Source: Cenarchaeum sp. (GTDB taxonomy: Archaea; Thermoproteota; Nitrososphaeria; Nitrososphaerales; Nitrosopumilaceae). Taken from it: 64,000 nt of DNA. Below, piece by piece: positions 17,403 through 26,677 of this stretch (position 1 is the first letter of the stretch; each line of letters begins with the position of its first letter). The stretch lies in contig OZ243037.1 in NCBI GenBank assembly GCA_965212015.1, positions 1,664,001-1,728,000 on the forward strand, written 5' to 3'. A program made the translations under genes and the position numbers. The notes below the pieces were generated by a model, which was not told the origin of the DNA, searched no databases, and was given only the letters and a program-made list of their open reading frames with translations.

Positions 17403-20312
17403 TTGAGTGGCGGTCACTTGGAAGTACAAGAATCTTCTTCCAAGATTCAAATCGGTACGTCTATAGCTAACGTGCTGGATGAAATGAGCAGTAGGTGGAC
17501 TGTTACTCATTCTAATGGAGAGATCGTGATCCAAGATGCCAATAAAAATAAAATAGTTATTGAAACCATGATTTCTTCAAAAACTCCATCAAAGATCAAC
17601 CTAGAACTCAAACGCAAGTCTGATTTGGAGAAAAGAAAAATATCATCAATAATCAATATACTCGTACCACATAATTTTTCTGAACTAGAAGAAAACAGAT
17701 TAAAAGACAAGATCCTACAAAGCAATGATTACGAGTATGTGGTTTATGCTCCAGAACGATATCCATTAGAAGGATTAATAAAAGGAACGATACACAATAT
17801 TGGATTTTCAGCAATGGTTACTCTGATTCCGGCAAAACAAATCGTGGAATACATGTCTCCTATCCACTATTGCATGAATGTGATAGAAAATGTGGTTCAG
17901 GAAATAGACAATCAGGCAAAGGCCAAGATTGCCAAATTATTGAACCAACCGGAGGACATACAAACATGGAGAATGGCAGGCCTCATACTGTCAAATGCTA
18001 TGGTGTTTTATGACCTCATTTCAGATAAAATAACACTACAGGATGGCAAAAATTGCAAGACACTTGATAGTTTACACAATAGAAAAAAATTCATAACAAA
18101 AAAAGATCTCATGTTAGTGTGGCAGAATGTATTGGACTACAACTATAATCCCATCTTCTCCGTGGCCATCAATATCCTATCTGCGTTGGGCATGTCTGAA
18201 TCCACTAAGATTATAGATGCTCTGTATACATCTAGTAAAAAAATTAGAGAAAAAAGAGTTGCAGGATCATCAGACATGTATGGCAAATTACTGCAAAAGG
18301 TGATCGTGGACAGATCCAACCTTGCGTCATATTATACCCGACCAGAAGCTGCAGCATTGATGGCAAAACTAGCAGTCCCAGACGTGAATCACCCCATATA
18401 TGAGGTCGGCTCAGTTTCTAAATACAGGATAGTAGATTTTGCGTGCGGCACTGGACTTCTATTGTCGTCTGCGTACAGACAACTACTATTCAATTATGAG
18501 GCAAGCCATACTGTTGGCAAAAAAATGCCTATAACCAGCCTTCATAAGACGCTGATAGAGAACTGTTTTGTGGGACTAGACGTACTGCCAATAGCTACAC
18601 ACCTGACAGTTTCGTCGTTAGCCATGATGTTTCCAACGGAGGTGTTTGGAAAGACAAAGGTAAAAACTATGCCCATAGGTTTGCAACACACGGAGACGGT
18701 ATATGTAAAAAAGAGAGGCATAAAAAGAAAGGTCAAAAAAGAAATAAATCATTACAGGCTTGGATCGCTGGATCTAATATCAAATGACACCAATGCAACT
18801 CTTACTCATTCTATAGAAGTGATAACGGGAAAAGAAACCAATGTTAAGAATGCCAAACCTTGGTCAATCGAAGAATCCCATCATCTTATTGGCGATGGAT
18901 CTTGTGATCTTATTGTGATGAATCCACCATTTGTTAGGTCTACAAACGATGCTAAAAAATATAGAGGAAACGCAGTACCAAAATATGCTGCGTTTGGTTC
19001 AACCAAAAAAGATCAATCGAACATGGGAAAATTGGAAAGCAAGAAATTTGCTGGCACATGTTCACATGGCCATGCAGGACTTGCATCTAATTTTATTGCC
19101 ATATGTGACAAAAAAATACATGAACACGGTACGATGACACTGATCATGCCTGCTACCATAGCAAGTGGCAAGACTTGGAGTAATGTTCGGAAATTGCTAA
19201 AGTACAATTACGACATAAAGGTAATCAGTATAGCACGGCCCAAGATAAGATCAAATGAACGATCTTTCTCTTCAGATACAGGCATGGCCGAGATAATACT
19301 CGTCGCAAAAAAACGAGCTAATAAAAAAGATTCCAGAGGATTGTTTGTTTCACTTCGTGAAAGACCATCATCAATGATTGACGCTATACAGATAGGTACG
19401 GCTATAAACAATTTACAGGGAGTAGACAGACTGGAGACTGGGCACGGCGGAACGAAGTTGAGGATAGGCGAATATACCGTAGGCAATTGCCTAGACTGCT
19501 CCATACATGACGTTTGGAAGTTTGTAAACGTAGTAGATCCAGTCGTGGAACAATTAACATACAAAATCAGGCAGACAATGGTGCCACTCAAATTGTGTTT
19601 TGAAATAGGTCCTGGTGACCGGGACATAACAGGTGGAAACATGCAGGGGCCATTCAATGGCTATGCCCATGATGGTAATCCAAAATATACTGCCTTGTGG
19701 AACAATGTTCAGAAACAACAAACTAAGCTGATCGTACCGCCGGATCAGAAACTGAAGCCAAAGTCAGATGCTACAGATGAACACATAGATAGCATATGGA
19801 AAACTGCATCCATTGTCCACATGAACATAGGTCCAGATTTTACATCAAATAGTCTAATCGCTGCATATGTATCGAAAAAATCAGTTGGAGGCCGAGTCTG
19901 GCCTAGCATCATAATGGACAGAAAATATGAAAAGCCATTTGTGGCTTGGTGTAATTCATCCATAGGTGTGTTATGTTTTTGGTCACTTGCTGGAAAACAA
20001 CAACTTGGTCGAGGAGCAATGTCTAGGACGAATATCCAAGATCTGCCGATACCGGATTTTACCAAGATGAACAAAACTACACTTGGTGTTCTTTCTGACA
20101 TATTTGATAGATTTTGTAATATGGAACTAGATCGTATGAAGAATCTTTGGAAAGACAAGGTTAGGATAGCCATGGATAAAGAAATTGTAAATGTGATGGG
20201 CATGAACATAGAACTGGATGACATACGAGTAAGGTTTTGCATGGAACCATCGATCAGCGGTGGCAAGCCAGAATCTATCCTGACCAAAAAACACGAGGAA
20301 ATTATTGAATGA
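17403..20312 (+). CDS. Type IIG-like N6-adenine DNA methyltransferase with target-recognition region
   Basis: YYTRPE, motif I DFACGTGLLL, motif IV NPPF (gamma order), 969 aa, AT-rich. Confidence 0.85.
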   Translation: MSGGHLEVQESSSKIQIGTSIANVLDEMSSRWTVTHSNGEIVIQDANKNKIVIETMISSKTPSKINLELKRKSDLEKRKISSIINILVPHNFSELEENRLKDKILQSNDYEYVVYAPERYPLEGLIKGTIHNIGFSAMVTLIPAKQIVEYMSPIHYCMNVIENVVQEIDNQAKAKIAKLLNQPEDIQTWRMAGLILSNAMVFYDLISDKITLQDGKNCKTLDSLHNRKKFITKKDLMLVWQNVLDYNYNPIFSVAINILSALGMSESTKIIDALYTSSKKIREKRVAGSSDMYGKLLQKVIVDRSNLASYYTRPEAAALMAKLAVPDVNHPIYEVGSVSKYRIVDFACGTGLLLSSAYRQLLFNYEASHTVGKKMPITSLHKTLIENCFVGLDVLPIATHLTVSSLAMMFPTEVFGKTKVKTMPIGLQHTETVYVKKRGIKRKVKKEINHYRLGSLDLISNDTNATLTHSIEVITGKETNVKNAKPWSIEESHHLIGDGSCDLIVMNPPFVRSTNDAKKYRGNAVPKYAAFGSTKKDQSNMGKLESKKFAGTCSHGHAGLASNFIAICDKKIHEHGTMTLIMPATIASGKTWSNVRKLLKYNYDIKVISIARPKIRSNERSFSSDTGMAEIILVAKKRANKKDSRGLFVSLRERPSSMIDAIQIGTAINNLQGVDRLETGHGGTKLRIGEYTVGNCLDCSIHDVWKFVNVVDPVVEQLTYKIRQTMVPLKLCFEIGPGDRDITGGNMQGPFNGYAHDGNPKYTALWNNVQKQQTKLIVPPDQKLKPKSDATDEHIDSIWKTASIVHMNIGPDFTSNSLIAAYVSKKSVGGRVWPSIIMDRKYEKPFVAWCNSSIGVLCFWSLAGKQQLGRGAMSRTNIQDLPIPDFTKMNKTTLGVLSDIFDRFCNMELDRMKNLWKDKVRIAMDKEIVNVMGMNIELDDIRVRFCMEPSISGGKPESILTKKHEEIIE

Positions 20313-23300
20313 TCATCGACAACGAAAATATCACGATGGTGAACCGTCTTCAGGAGATGATGCCCCATGCAAAGAGGATCAACGTGGCCGTGGGTTACTT
20401 CTTCATAAGCGGGTTTGCAGAGATCATGGACAGTCTCAAGTGGATTGAAGCTGACGATACAGATCACGTTATGAGGATATTGACCTCGCCTGTGACTGAC
20501 AGGCCTACGGCCGAGGTACTATTTGCGGCCCATGAAGCACGGGAAGACATAGGCCGGAAGATGGGCGGCAGGGCATCGCCGGAGGAAGCACTGGTCACCA
20601 CTAACAGGAACATGCGGGGAGAGCTTGAGCATATGCAGCAAACGAAACCCCAGAGGGATACCGTCGTGCGGCTCATCGACCTCATACGCAGGAACAAGAT
20701 CCAGATAAAGGTCTACATGAAAGAGCAACTCCACGCAAAGCTGTATCTTGCGGAGCTTGACGGATATGTGTCACAAGAGTCGATCATAGGTTCCAGCAAC
20801 TTTTCGATAAGCGGTCTGCGGACGCATACAGAGCTTAATTTTTCCACTAACGATGATTCACATTATAAGGATTTTTTGGAATGGTTTGAGGAACACTGGA
20901 ACGATCCGAGCTGCCGGCCATTTACCAAAGACGTGGCACAGATACTTGAAAACTCATGGGCTGGACGGGACTATACACCTAGGATGGTTGCAGGCAAGGT
21001 AGCAATAACAGAAAACCCCGAGATCCTATTCACGCCTTCTCAGATAAGACTGTACGATTTTCAGCAAGATGCTGCAAATGCAGCGATAAAAAAACTAAAA
21101 GACTATGGAGGTGTCATGATAGCAGACGTCGTCGGCACGGGCAAATCATACACCGGCATGGCCGTCCTCAAACATCTTGTGGATGAGGAGATTCTCGAAC
21201 CTCTGATAATATGTCCTGCCCGTTTGATTCCAATGTGGCTGGATCTTACATCAAAATATGGGCTTGCACCCAACGTCCTCTCAAACAGCGGACTTGACAA
21301 GATTGCTAGATATAATTACTGCAACGCCATACTGATAGATGAGAGCCACGCCTTCAAGGATGACAAAAGAGCCAGATATCAGAAACTTGCAGACTATATG
21401 AACAACAAAATGACGGACGCGCGAATCATAATGCTTACCGCTACTCCCATCGCCAATACGGTGAACGATCTTAGAAACCAACTCGGCTTGTTCCAGCCAG
21501 ATCTACTAGAAAAGATACCCATACTAGATGAAACCGAAACCATAGAGGGTCGCTCAAAACTTGAGGCATATTTTGAAGGAATTACAAGGGATGAAGAAGT
21601 AAGGGACGTAGACGGTAACGTGGTAATTATCAAGAACAAAAAAGGCGAAGAAAAACACAAGATGACAAAGGTCGTGACCGATGAGGGCAAAGAAAAAATT
21701 CGAGATCTTTTAAAACACGTCCTCATACGGAGAACTCGAAAATCAATACATGACAGGCTTAGGAAGGAGAGAAGAGTGGACGAGCGTGGACCATATCTGC
21801 TAATGGATGGGGAAAAACACTATTTTCCTGAACCGGTACTTCACAATCCCAAATATGACGCAGAAAAAACCTACGAAACAAAGGAAAAATTCGCGAAAAT
21901 AGAATCCCTCATAAAATCCATGACATTTGCAAGATATGTTCCAGGAAATTACGTGCGTGAGGAGTGGGAAGACACAAAGCCGTATGACAACCTCTCAAAC
22001 CTAGTCTCCTTGGGTGGAATAGTCCTGACGTCGCTTCTAAAGCTGATGGAGAGCAGCATAATGGCATTCGATAGCAGTGTCAGAAGATACGGTGAGGGAC
22101 ACAAGTGGTTTCTGAAACAGTTAAAGCAAGACAAGGTGGCCGTGGGAAGAGATTTTCAGGAGATAATACACAAGATTATGGATTCTGACGATGCAGATGC
22201 GGAGAGGGATCTAATGAAAGAGATGGAAAACATGACGTCGCTGTATGAATCAAAGGCATTCCATATGGACAAATGGCGGAATGACGTCTCAAACGACATG
22301 GAAAAATTCTACCAAATAACAGAAATTCTACGAGGTAGAGGCATGGGTGAGGACATGAAGGAGTGGCATGTGCAGGATTTGGACAATTTGTTCGTTCCAC
22401 GAGATGACAAGCTGGCTAAACTGCTTGAGCTTGTAAAGAAAAAACAGGAAAAACTGCTCATATTTACAGAATCTGCAGTGACTGCAAGATACATGTTCCG
22501 GTTTCTTAATAGCAGGATCAACAGAAAGATCGTACAGATTGATTCCGGCAAAGGCAAGGACGTAATCGATGATGCGGTAAACCAGTTTGCACCCAAATTC
22601 AACAATGGAGGCGTGCAGCCAGAAGATGAAATAGACATTTTGATAAGCACCGACATGCTTTCAGAAGGACTGAACCTTCAAACGGGTCGGATAGTGATTA
22701 ACTATGACTTTCACTGGAACCCAGTAAGGCTAATTCAGCGCGTGGGTCGGATAGACAGGCTCGGTTCGGAACACAAGATAATAGAGGTGTACAACTTTCT
22801 GACCACCCCTCTAGTGGACAAAAAGCTCGGTTTGCGTATGCGTGTAAGAAGAAGGATAGGCGTGATGCGCGACATAGTGGGGGTAGGTGCATCTAGGGTA
22901 TTGGAGACTACGGAGCCGCTTGATGAGGAAGGGGTATGCGACATATACGACGGTAATGAATCCATACTGGATCCCAAGATAGGGGAATATGGAATGCTTG
23001 ATCCCGTGGATACAAGATCCGAAGAGATGGCAGATGACATACGCAGAAACGAATCTATGAAAAAACAGTATGAGGATCTCCCATATGGCATGAGATCCGC
23101 CGTGGGATCCGACAAGCTCTTAGTGGCCTGTGCCGCAGAAGACGTGCTTACCGTTTCTGACTCGCATGACACATCCGAGTTCAGGAGGTATTACGAAGTG
23201 ACGGACGACGGAATTAGGCGCATACGGCAGTCGTCTTTTCTGAACCAGATGATGTCTGCCAGCAAGAGGCCACAGATCAAGAATCCACCCGCCTATGACG

Positions 23301-23662
23301 AATTCGTTGCCAAGGCGTGGCAGCAGTTCCATAAGGACGGCAGGAATGCGATGAGGGGCATTCCCATACACAAGTATCAGAAGCATTTTGACAAACTTCT
23401 TAGAAGAATCGAGTCTTCGGAGGATTCATCGCTGAAGCGCAGGGTGCTTGAGGTGCGCAGATTCGTAAGATCAAGGATGCCTCAGGCAAGACACCCGTAC
23501 AGGGATCTGATAAGGCTACATCGTGAGGCAAAAAAGGACGGCCTGAATGATGAGCTCGTACTTGAAAGGCTCGAAGATATACGCGGCAGATACGGCAGCT
23601 TGACATTCAAAAAGATGATCAGACGGCCCCGCATACTGTACAGCATGATGGTGGGGAAATGA
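20309..23662 (+). CDS. PLD-family nuclease fused to an SNF2-type SF2 helicase (RM-associated)
   Basis: AVGYF, HAKLY...GSSNFS (HKD-type), ADVVGTGKS, IDESH, LTATP, SEGLNLQ, WNPVRLIQRVGRIDR. ATGA overlap with the MTase gene. Confidence 0.9.
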   Translation: MIIDNENITMVNRLQEMMPHAKRINVAVGYFFISGFAEIMDSLKWIEADDTDHVMRILTSPVTDRPTAEVLFAAHEAREDIGRKMGGRASPEEALVTTNRNMRGELEHMQQTKPQRDTVVRLIDLIRRNKIQIKVYMKEQLHAKLYLAELDGYVSQESIIGSSNFSISGLRTHTELNFSTNDDSHYKDFLEWFEEHWNDPSCRPFTKDVAQILENSWAGRDYTPRMVAGKVAITENPEILFTPSQIRLYDFQQDAANAAIKKLKDYGGVMIADVVGTGKSYTGMAVLKHLVDEEILEPLIICPARLIPMWLDLTSKYGLAPNVLSNSGLDKIARYNYCNAILIDESHAFKDDKRARYQKLADYMNNKMTDARIIMLTATPIANTVNDLRNQLGLFQPDLLEKIPILDETETIEGRSKLEAYFEGITRDEEVRDVDGNVVIIKNKKGEEKHKMTKVVTDEGKEKIRDLLKHVLIRRTRKSIHDRLRKERRVDERGPYLLMDGEKHYFPEPVLHNPKYDAEKTYETKEKFAKIESLIKSMTFARYVPGNYVREEWEDTKPYDNLSNLVSLGGIVLTSLLKLMESSIMAFDSSVRRYGEGHKWFLKQLKQDKVAVGRDFQEIIHKIMDSDDADAERDLMKEMENMTSLYESKAFHMDKWRNDVSNDMEKFYQITEILRGRGMGEDMKEWHVQDLDNLFVPRDDKLAKLLELVKKKQEKLLIFTESAVTARYMFRFLNSRINRKIVQIDSGKGKDVIDDAVNQFAPKFNNGGVQPEDEIDILISTDMLSEGLNLQTGRIVINYDFHWNPVRLIQRVGRIDRLGSEHKIIEVYNFLTTPLVDKKLGLRMRVRRRIGVMRDIVGVGASRVLETTEPLDEEGVCDIYDGNESILDPKIGEYGMLDPVDTRSEEMADDIRRNESMKKQYEDLPYGMRSAVGSDKLLVACAAEDVLTVSDSHDTSEFRRYYEVTDDGIRRIRQSSFLNQMMSASKRPQIKNPPAYDEFVAKAWQQFHKDGRNAMRGIPIHKYQKHFDKLLRRIESSEDSSLKRRVLEVRRFVRSRMPQARHPYRDLIRLHREAKKDGLNDELVLERLEDIRGRYGSLTFKKMIRRPRILYSMMVGK

Positions 23663-24108
23663 CTGGGGAAGATATTAGTGAGGAAGGCTTTGAGACAGAC
23701 GTCTCGGCCATGCACGACTTGTTCATAGGAGCAGGCTTTGAGACTGTGAACGATCCATATACGTTAGATCATGTGGAGGAAAGGAAGAATGTCATAGACT
23801 GCATACTTGTAGCAAAGCACGGGGAATACGAGGTCGTGTATGCTGAGGTAAGATCCAATCAGGAGAGCATAGCTGCTGATCTGGCGCGATCACATCTTAC
23901 ACCGTGTCTGGTCATCACGAAAATGGCTGGCAAATACGTCTTTACCGTACTTGATGTTAACGACAGGCCTTATCATGCACGGATCAGGGAAGATGGAGAG
24001 TCAATGTTGAGAGAGTTCGTGGGTATGATTGCTGATATTCCGAAGAACAAGTGGGAGGCCGGCCAGAAAGTGGGCGACATGCTACGTTCCATCAAAGAGT
24101 TCCAATAA
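23659..24108 (+). CDS. Hypothetical protein, possibly a truncated N-terminus of an RM enzyme
   Basis: ATGA overlap with the helicase gene; 149 aa; no catalytic motif recognised. Confidence 0.55.
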   Translation: MTGEDISEEGFETDVSAMHDLFIGAGFETVNDPYTLDHVEERKNVIDCILVAKHGEYEVVYAEVRSNQESIAADLARSHLTPCLVITKMAGKYVFTVLDVNDRPYHARIREDGESMLREFVGMIADIPKNKWEAGQKVGDMLRSIKEFQ

Positions 24109-24118
24109 TCGAGATTTT

Positions 24119-24142
24119 GGATATGTAGGGGTTTACATATCC
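24119..24142. repeat. 9-6-9 inverted repeat between convergent RM operons
   Basis: GGATATGTA-GGGGTT-TACATATCC. Confidence 0.6.
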
Positions 24143-24380
24143 CATGCCTACCCCTTGCTGATTATACGGAATCCACAAATAAATTCCGTGTAATTCTGGT
24201 TATCTAGGAACGGATCTCCAGATTCAAAATTGAGCAAATTAGCCTGGAATCCTCAAAGAATCAGGAATGAATCTTGTGCAGTACTGCATTTTTGGATTAG
24301 GGCGTTCATTTGTTCTTCTAATGGTTATATAATCGTGATATGGGAGTGAATTTGATTTTATGGATTTGATTTTGAAAATA

Positions 24381-24728
24381 TCACTGATATCGGGAGATCA
24401 GTCTATATTGGATGCCTCGTACATCGCACCATTTTTTGGCATATTTTGCCTTGCTTTTCGTATTGGGTGTTTTTAGCAGCTGTGTACTCTTCATCTCGAC
24501 CAGCTCTATCGTATTGTCAGTATTTTCTACCAAAAAATCTGGATTATAGTACTTGTATTTCTTATCATCCTCAGAATATGGAATTCTTATACCATGATTT
24601 TTTGTCCATTTCATAACAGTGTTATCTCTTTCCAACTCCCTCATGTAGTCATACTCCCATTTAGAATCATAGTATTCTATGGAAAATGCGCTTTTTTTTG
24701 GATTGTCGTAATAACCGTGCTTTGACAT
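24381..24728 (-). CDS. Stand-alone PD-(D/E)XK endonuclease (TnsA-N/type III Res C-terminal nuclease-like)
   Basis: YDSKWE...WTKN...IPY...YNPDFLV...LVEMKS...KAKYAKKWC. Confidence 0.8.
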   Translation of the reverse strand: MSKHGYYDNPKKSAFSIEYYDSKWEYDYMRELERDNTVMKWTKNHGIRIPYSEDDKKYKYYNPDFLVENTDNTIELVEMKSTQLLKTPNTKSKAKYAKKWCDVRGIQYRLISRYQ

Positions 24729-24730
24729 GC

Positions 24731-26677
24731 CTATGCTTCAACAATTCCTGCGACTATCGCATTTGAAAAATTACTTTTTATCTCGGGCATGACATCTATG
24801 GCAAATTCAATATCATCACGTTTTGCATCGGATAATGATTTTCCAGAAAATATTTTGGTAGTAACGTGCTTTAGCATTACATTGTATAGTCTTCCACGAT
24901 TCATGTTTCCAAACCCTGCCTCTTGTAACAGTCCAGCACACAAATCCAATAGCGTTTTTTTGAACAATTCTTCCAGTACATCACGTTTTAGCTCTCCTGA
25001 CACCTCAAAATCATAGTCACTGACACCGCCAAGTATTTCAAGCCGTTTACTTTGCAGCTCTTTTGCTTCTACTGCTGTGATCTGCGTTCTAGATATGACC
25101 CATCTTTCTTTGTCATAAGACTTTCTATCTAGTATTGCATTCCAGTCATCTTCTTTTACATCATCAGGAGTATCTCGTTCTATTTTATCCCAGGGAATAC
25201 TTGTTGGATATTCGGGATCTGGAATTTTTATGATTTTTTCGGGCCTTGTTAGTTTTTGTATTACAGGCTTTGGTAGATCATCTCCAGGTGGAAATATCTG
25301 ATCCTCTCCTTCGACTTGCTTTATTCTGCTTACAGCTACTATTTGCCACAACCAGTCATGTTCTAAACGCGGATGATCAACTACTGCCAGTATCTCGCTA
25401 TTTGTAGGCTCTTTGATTATTTTTCTCAATCCCCTGCCTATTACCTGTTGACCGTACACTGGGGAAGAAAACTTTCTCAACAGCAAAATCGTGGATACCT
25501 CTGGAACGTCCCATCCTTCCCTTAGCATGAGCACACTGACAACTGCCTCATATCTGCTGTCAAATGTCCCGATCTGTAATGCCTCTTCTCTGTCTTTCTC
25601 GTTTGATTCCTCTGTTACTAGCAGCGTGTTTATTTTGAATATGTCCTGAAGTGTTCTTTGGACCCTCTGGCCTTCCTGTATGCTCATGGTAACTACGAAC
25701 AAGATTGGCTTGTATCGTCCCCTAGCTCTGACAATTTGTTCCTTGTGACGTTGTAGTGCTATGGCAATCTGTTTTCTCATTGGTTCGGGATCCAAAATCC
25801 ATTGGAATGATTTTAGATTTCTTTCTGCTTCTTGAAATTCTGCGTCAAGCTCGGTAACGTCTTTTTTCTCGCCTGTTATCGGATTGGTATATGTCATCTT
25901 GAGCAGCTTGACTTCGGGTTGGTATACTACTACTGATTTTATTATTCCATCATCCAGTGCATTTGATACGTCATAATAATAGATCATTTCAGAGTCTGGC
26001 TCCTGTCCGTCTGCACGATTTGGCGTGGCAGTAGTGTCCAATCGAAATTTACTTTGTTCAGATAAAAGATTCAGCACATTGGTGTATTCAGGTGCAGGCG
26101 TATTATGCGCCTCATCATTAAAGATTGCAATATCTCCTACAAGATTCTTCAAATATCCAAGGTTCTGATTTGTGCCCCCGGAGGTATAAAGCTGCTGTAT
26201 GTTACCCAATATGATTCCCGATTCAAGCATTCCCTGTGGCTGTTCACCACTTTTCATCATGTGCAATCCGAGCTCATTTATCAACATGTTGGTTTGTGGT
26301 GTAGCAAATTCAAATTTATCAAATACTACTCCATCCTTAAAATCCGATTCTAGTCTTGCTCGCACAATAGTGTTGGGTGTCAGTATGACAAATTTGTTGA
26401 TATTATGTGCTGATTTCAGCCAGAATATCACTGCCGCTATTATAGCTGTCTTTCCACCACCTGTAACTATGTTTAGAAGGTTGTTCTTTTTTTGCAATAT
26501 TTCAAACGAATAGATGACCCTAAGCGTGCCTTCAAGTTGGTGTTTCCACATCTTGAGTTTTTTATCCTGCTTTAATAAATTCTCGATAAATTCGCGTGTC
26601 TCATGCTTTACATTTGGATATCCAGAATGCATCCAATCTTTGAATTTTTCTTCATGTTGTAAGAACGAATCTAGCAA
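24731..26677 (-). CDS. Type III restriction Res subunit helicase lacking the nuclease domain
   Basis: VTGGGKT, NDEAHN, TTATP, LREGWDVP, QVIGRGLR. Confidence 0.88.
   Translation of the reverse strand: MLDSFLQHEEKFKDWMHSGYPNVKHETREFIENLLKQDKKLKMWKHQLEGTLRVIYSFEILQKKNNLLNIVTGGGKTAIIAAVIFWLKSAHNINKFVILTPNTIVRARLESDFKDGVVFDKFEFATPQTNMLINELGLHMMKSGEQPQGMLESGIILGNIQQLYTSGGTNQNLGYLKNLVGDIAIFNDEAHNTPAPEYTNVLNLLSEQSKFRLDTTATPNRADGQEPDSEMIYYYDVSNALDDGIIKSVVVYQPEVKLLKMTYTNPITGEKKDVTELDAEFQEAERNLKSFQWILDPEPMRKQIAIALQRHKEQIVRARGRYKPILFVVTMSIQEGQRVQRTLQDIFKINTLLVTEESNEKDREEALQIGTFDSRYEAVVSVLMLREGWDVPEVSTILLLRKFSSPVYGQQVIGRGLRKIIKEPTNSEILAVVDHPRLEHDWLWQIVAVSRIKQVEGEDQIFPPGDDLPKPVIQKLTRPEKIIKIPDPEYPTSIPWDKIERDTPDDVKEDDWNAILDRKSYDKERWVISRTQITAVEAKELQSKRLEILGGVSDYDFEVSGELKRDVLEELFKKTLLDLCAGLLQEAGFGNMNRGRLYNVMLKHVTTKIFSGKSLSDAKRDDIEFAIDVMPEIKSNFSNAIVAGIVEA

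Noticed and set aside
17403-24108. Complete DISARM or BREX system
   Set aside because: No drmA/drmB (DUF1998) or pglZ/brxC genes are seen.
24381-24728. Tn7-like transposon (TnsA)
   Set aside because: No TnsB/C/D genes or transposon ends; the ORF matches the missing Res nuclease domain and lies in the RM operon.
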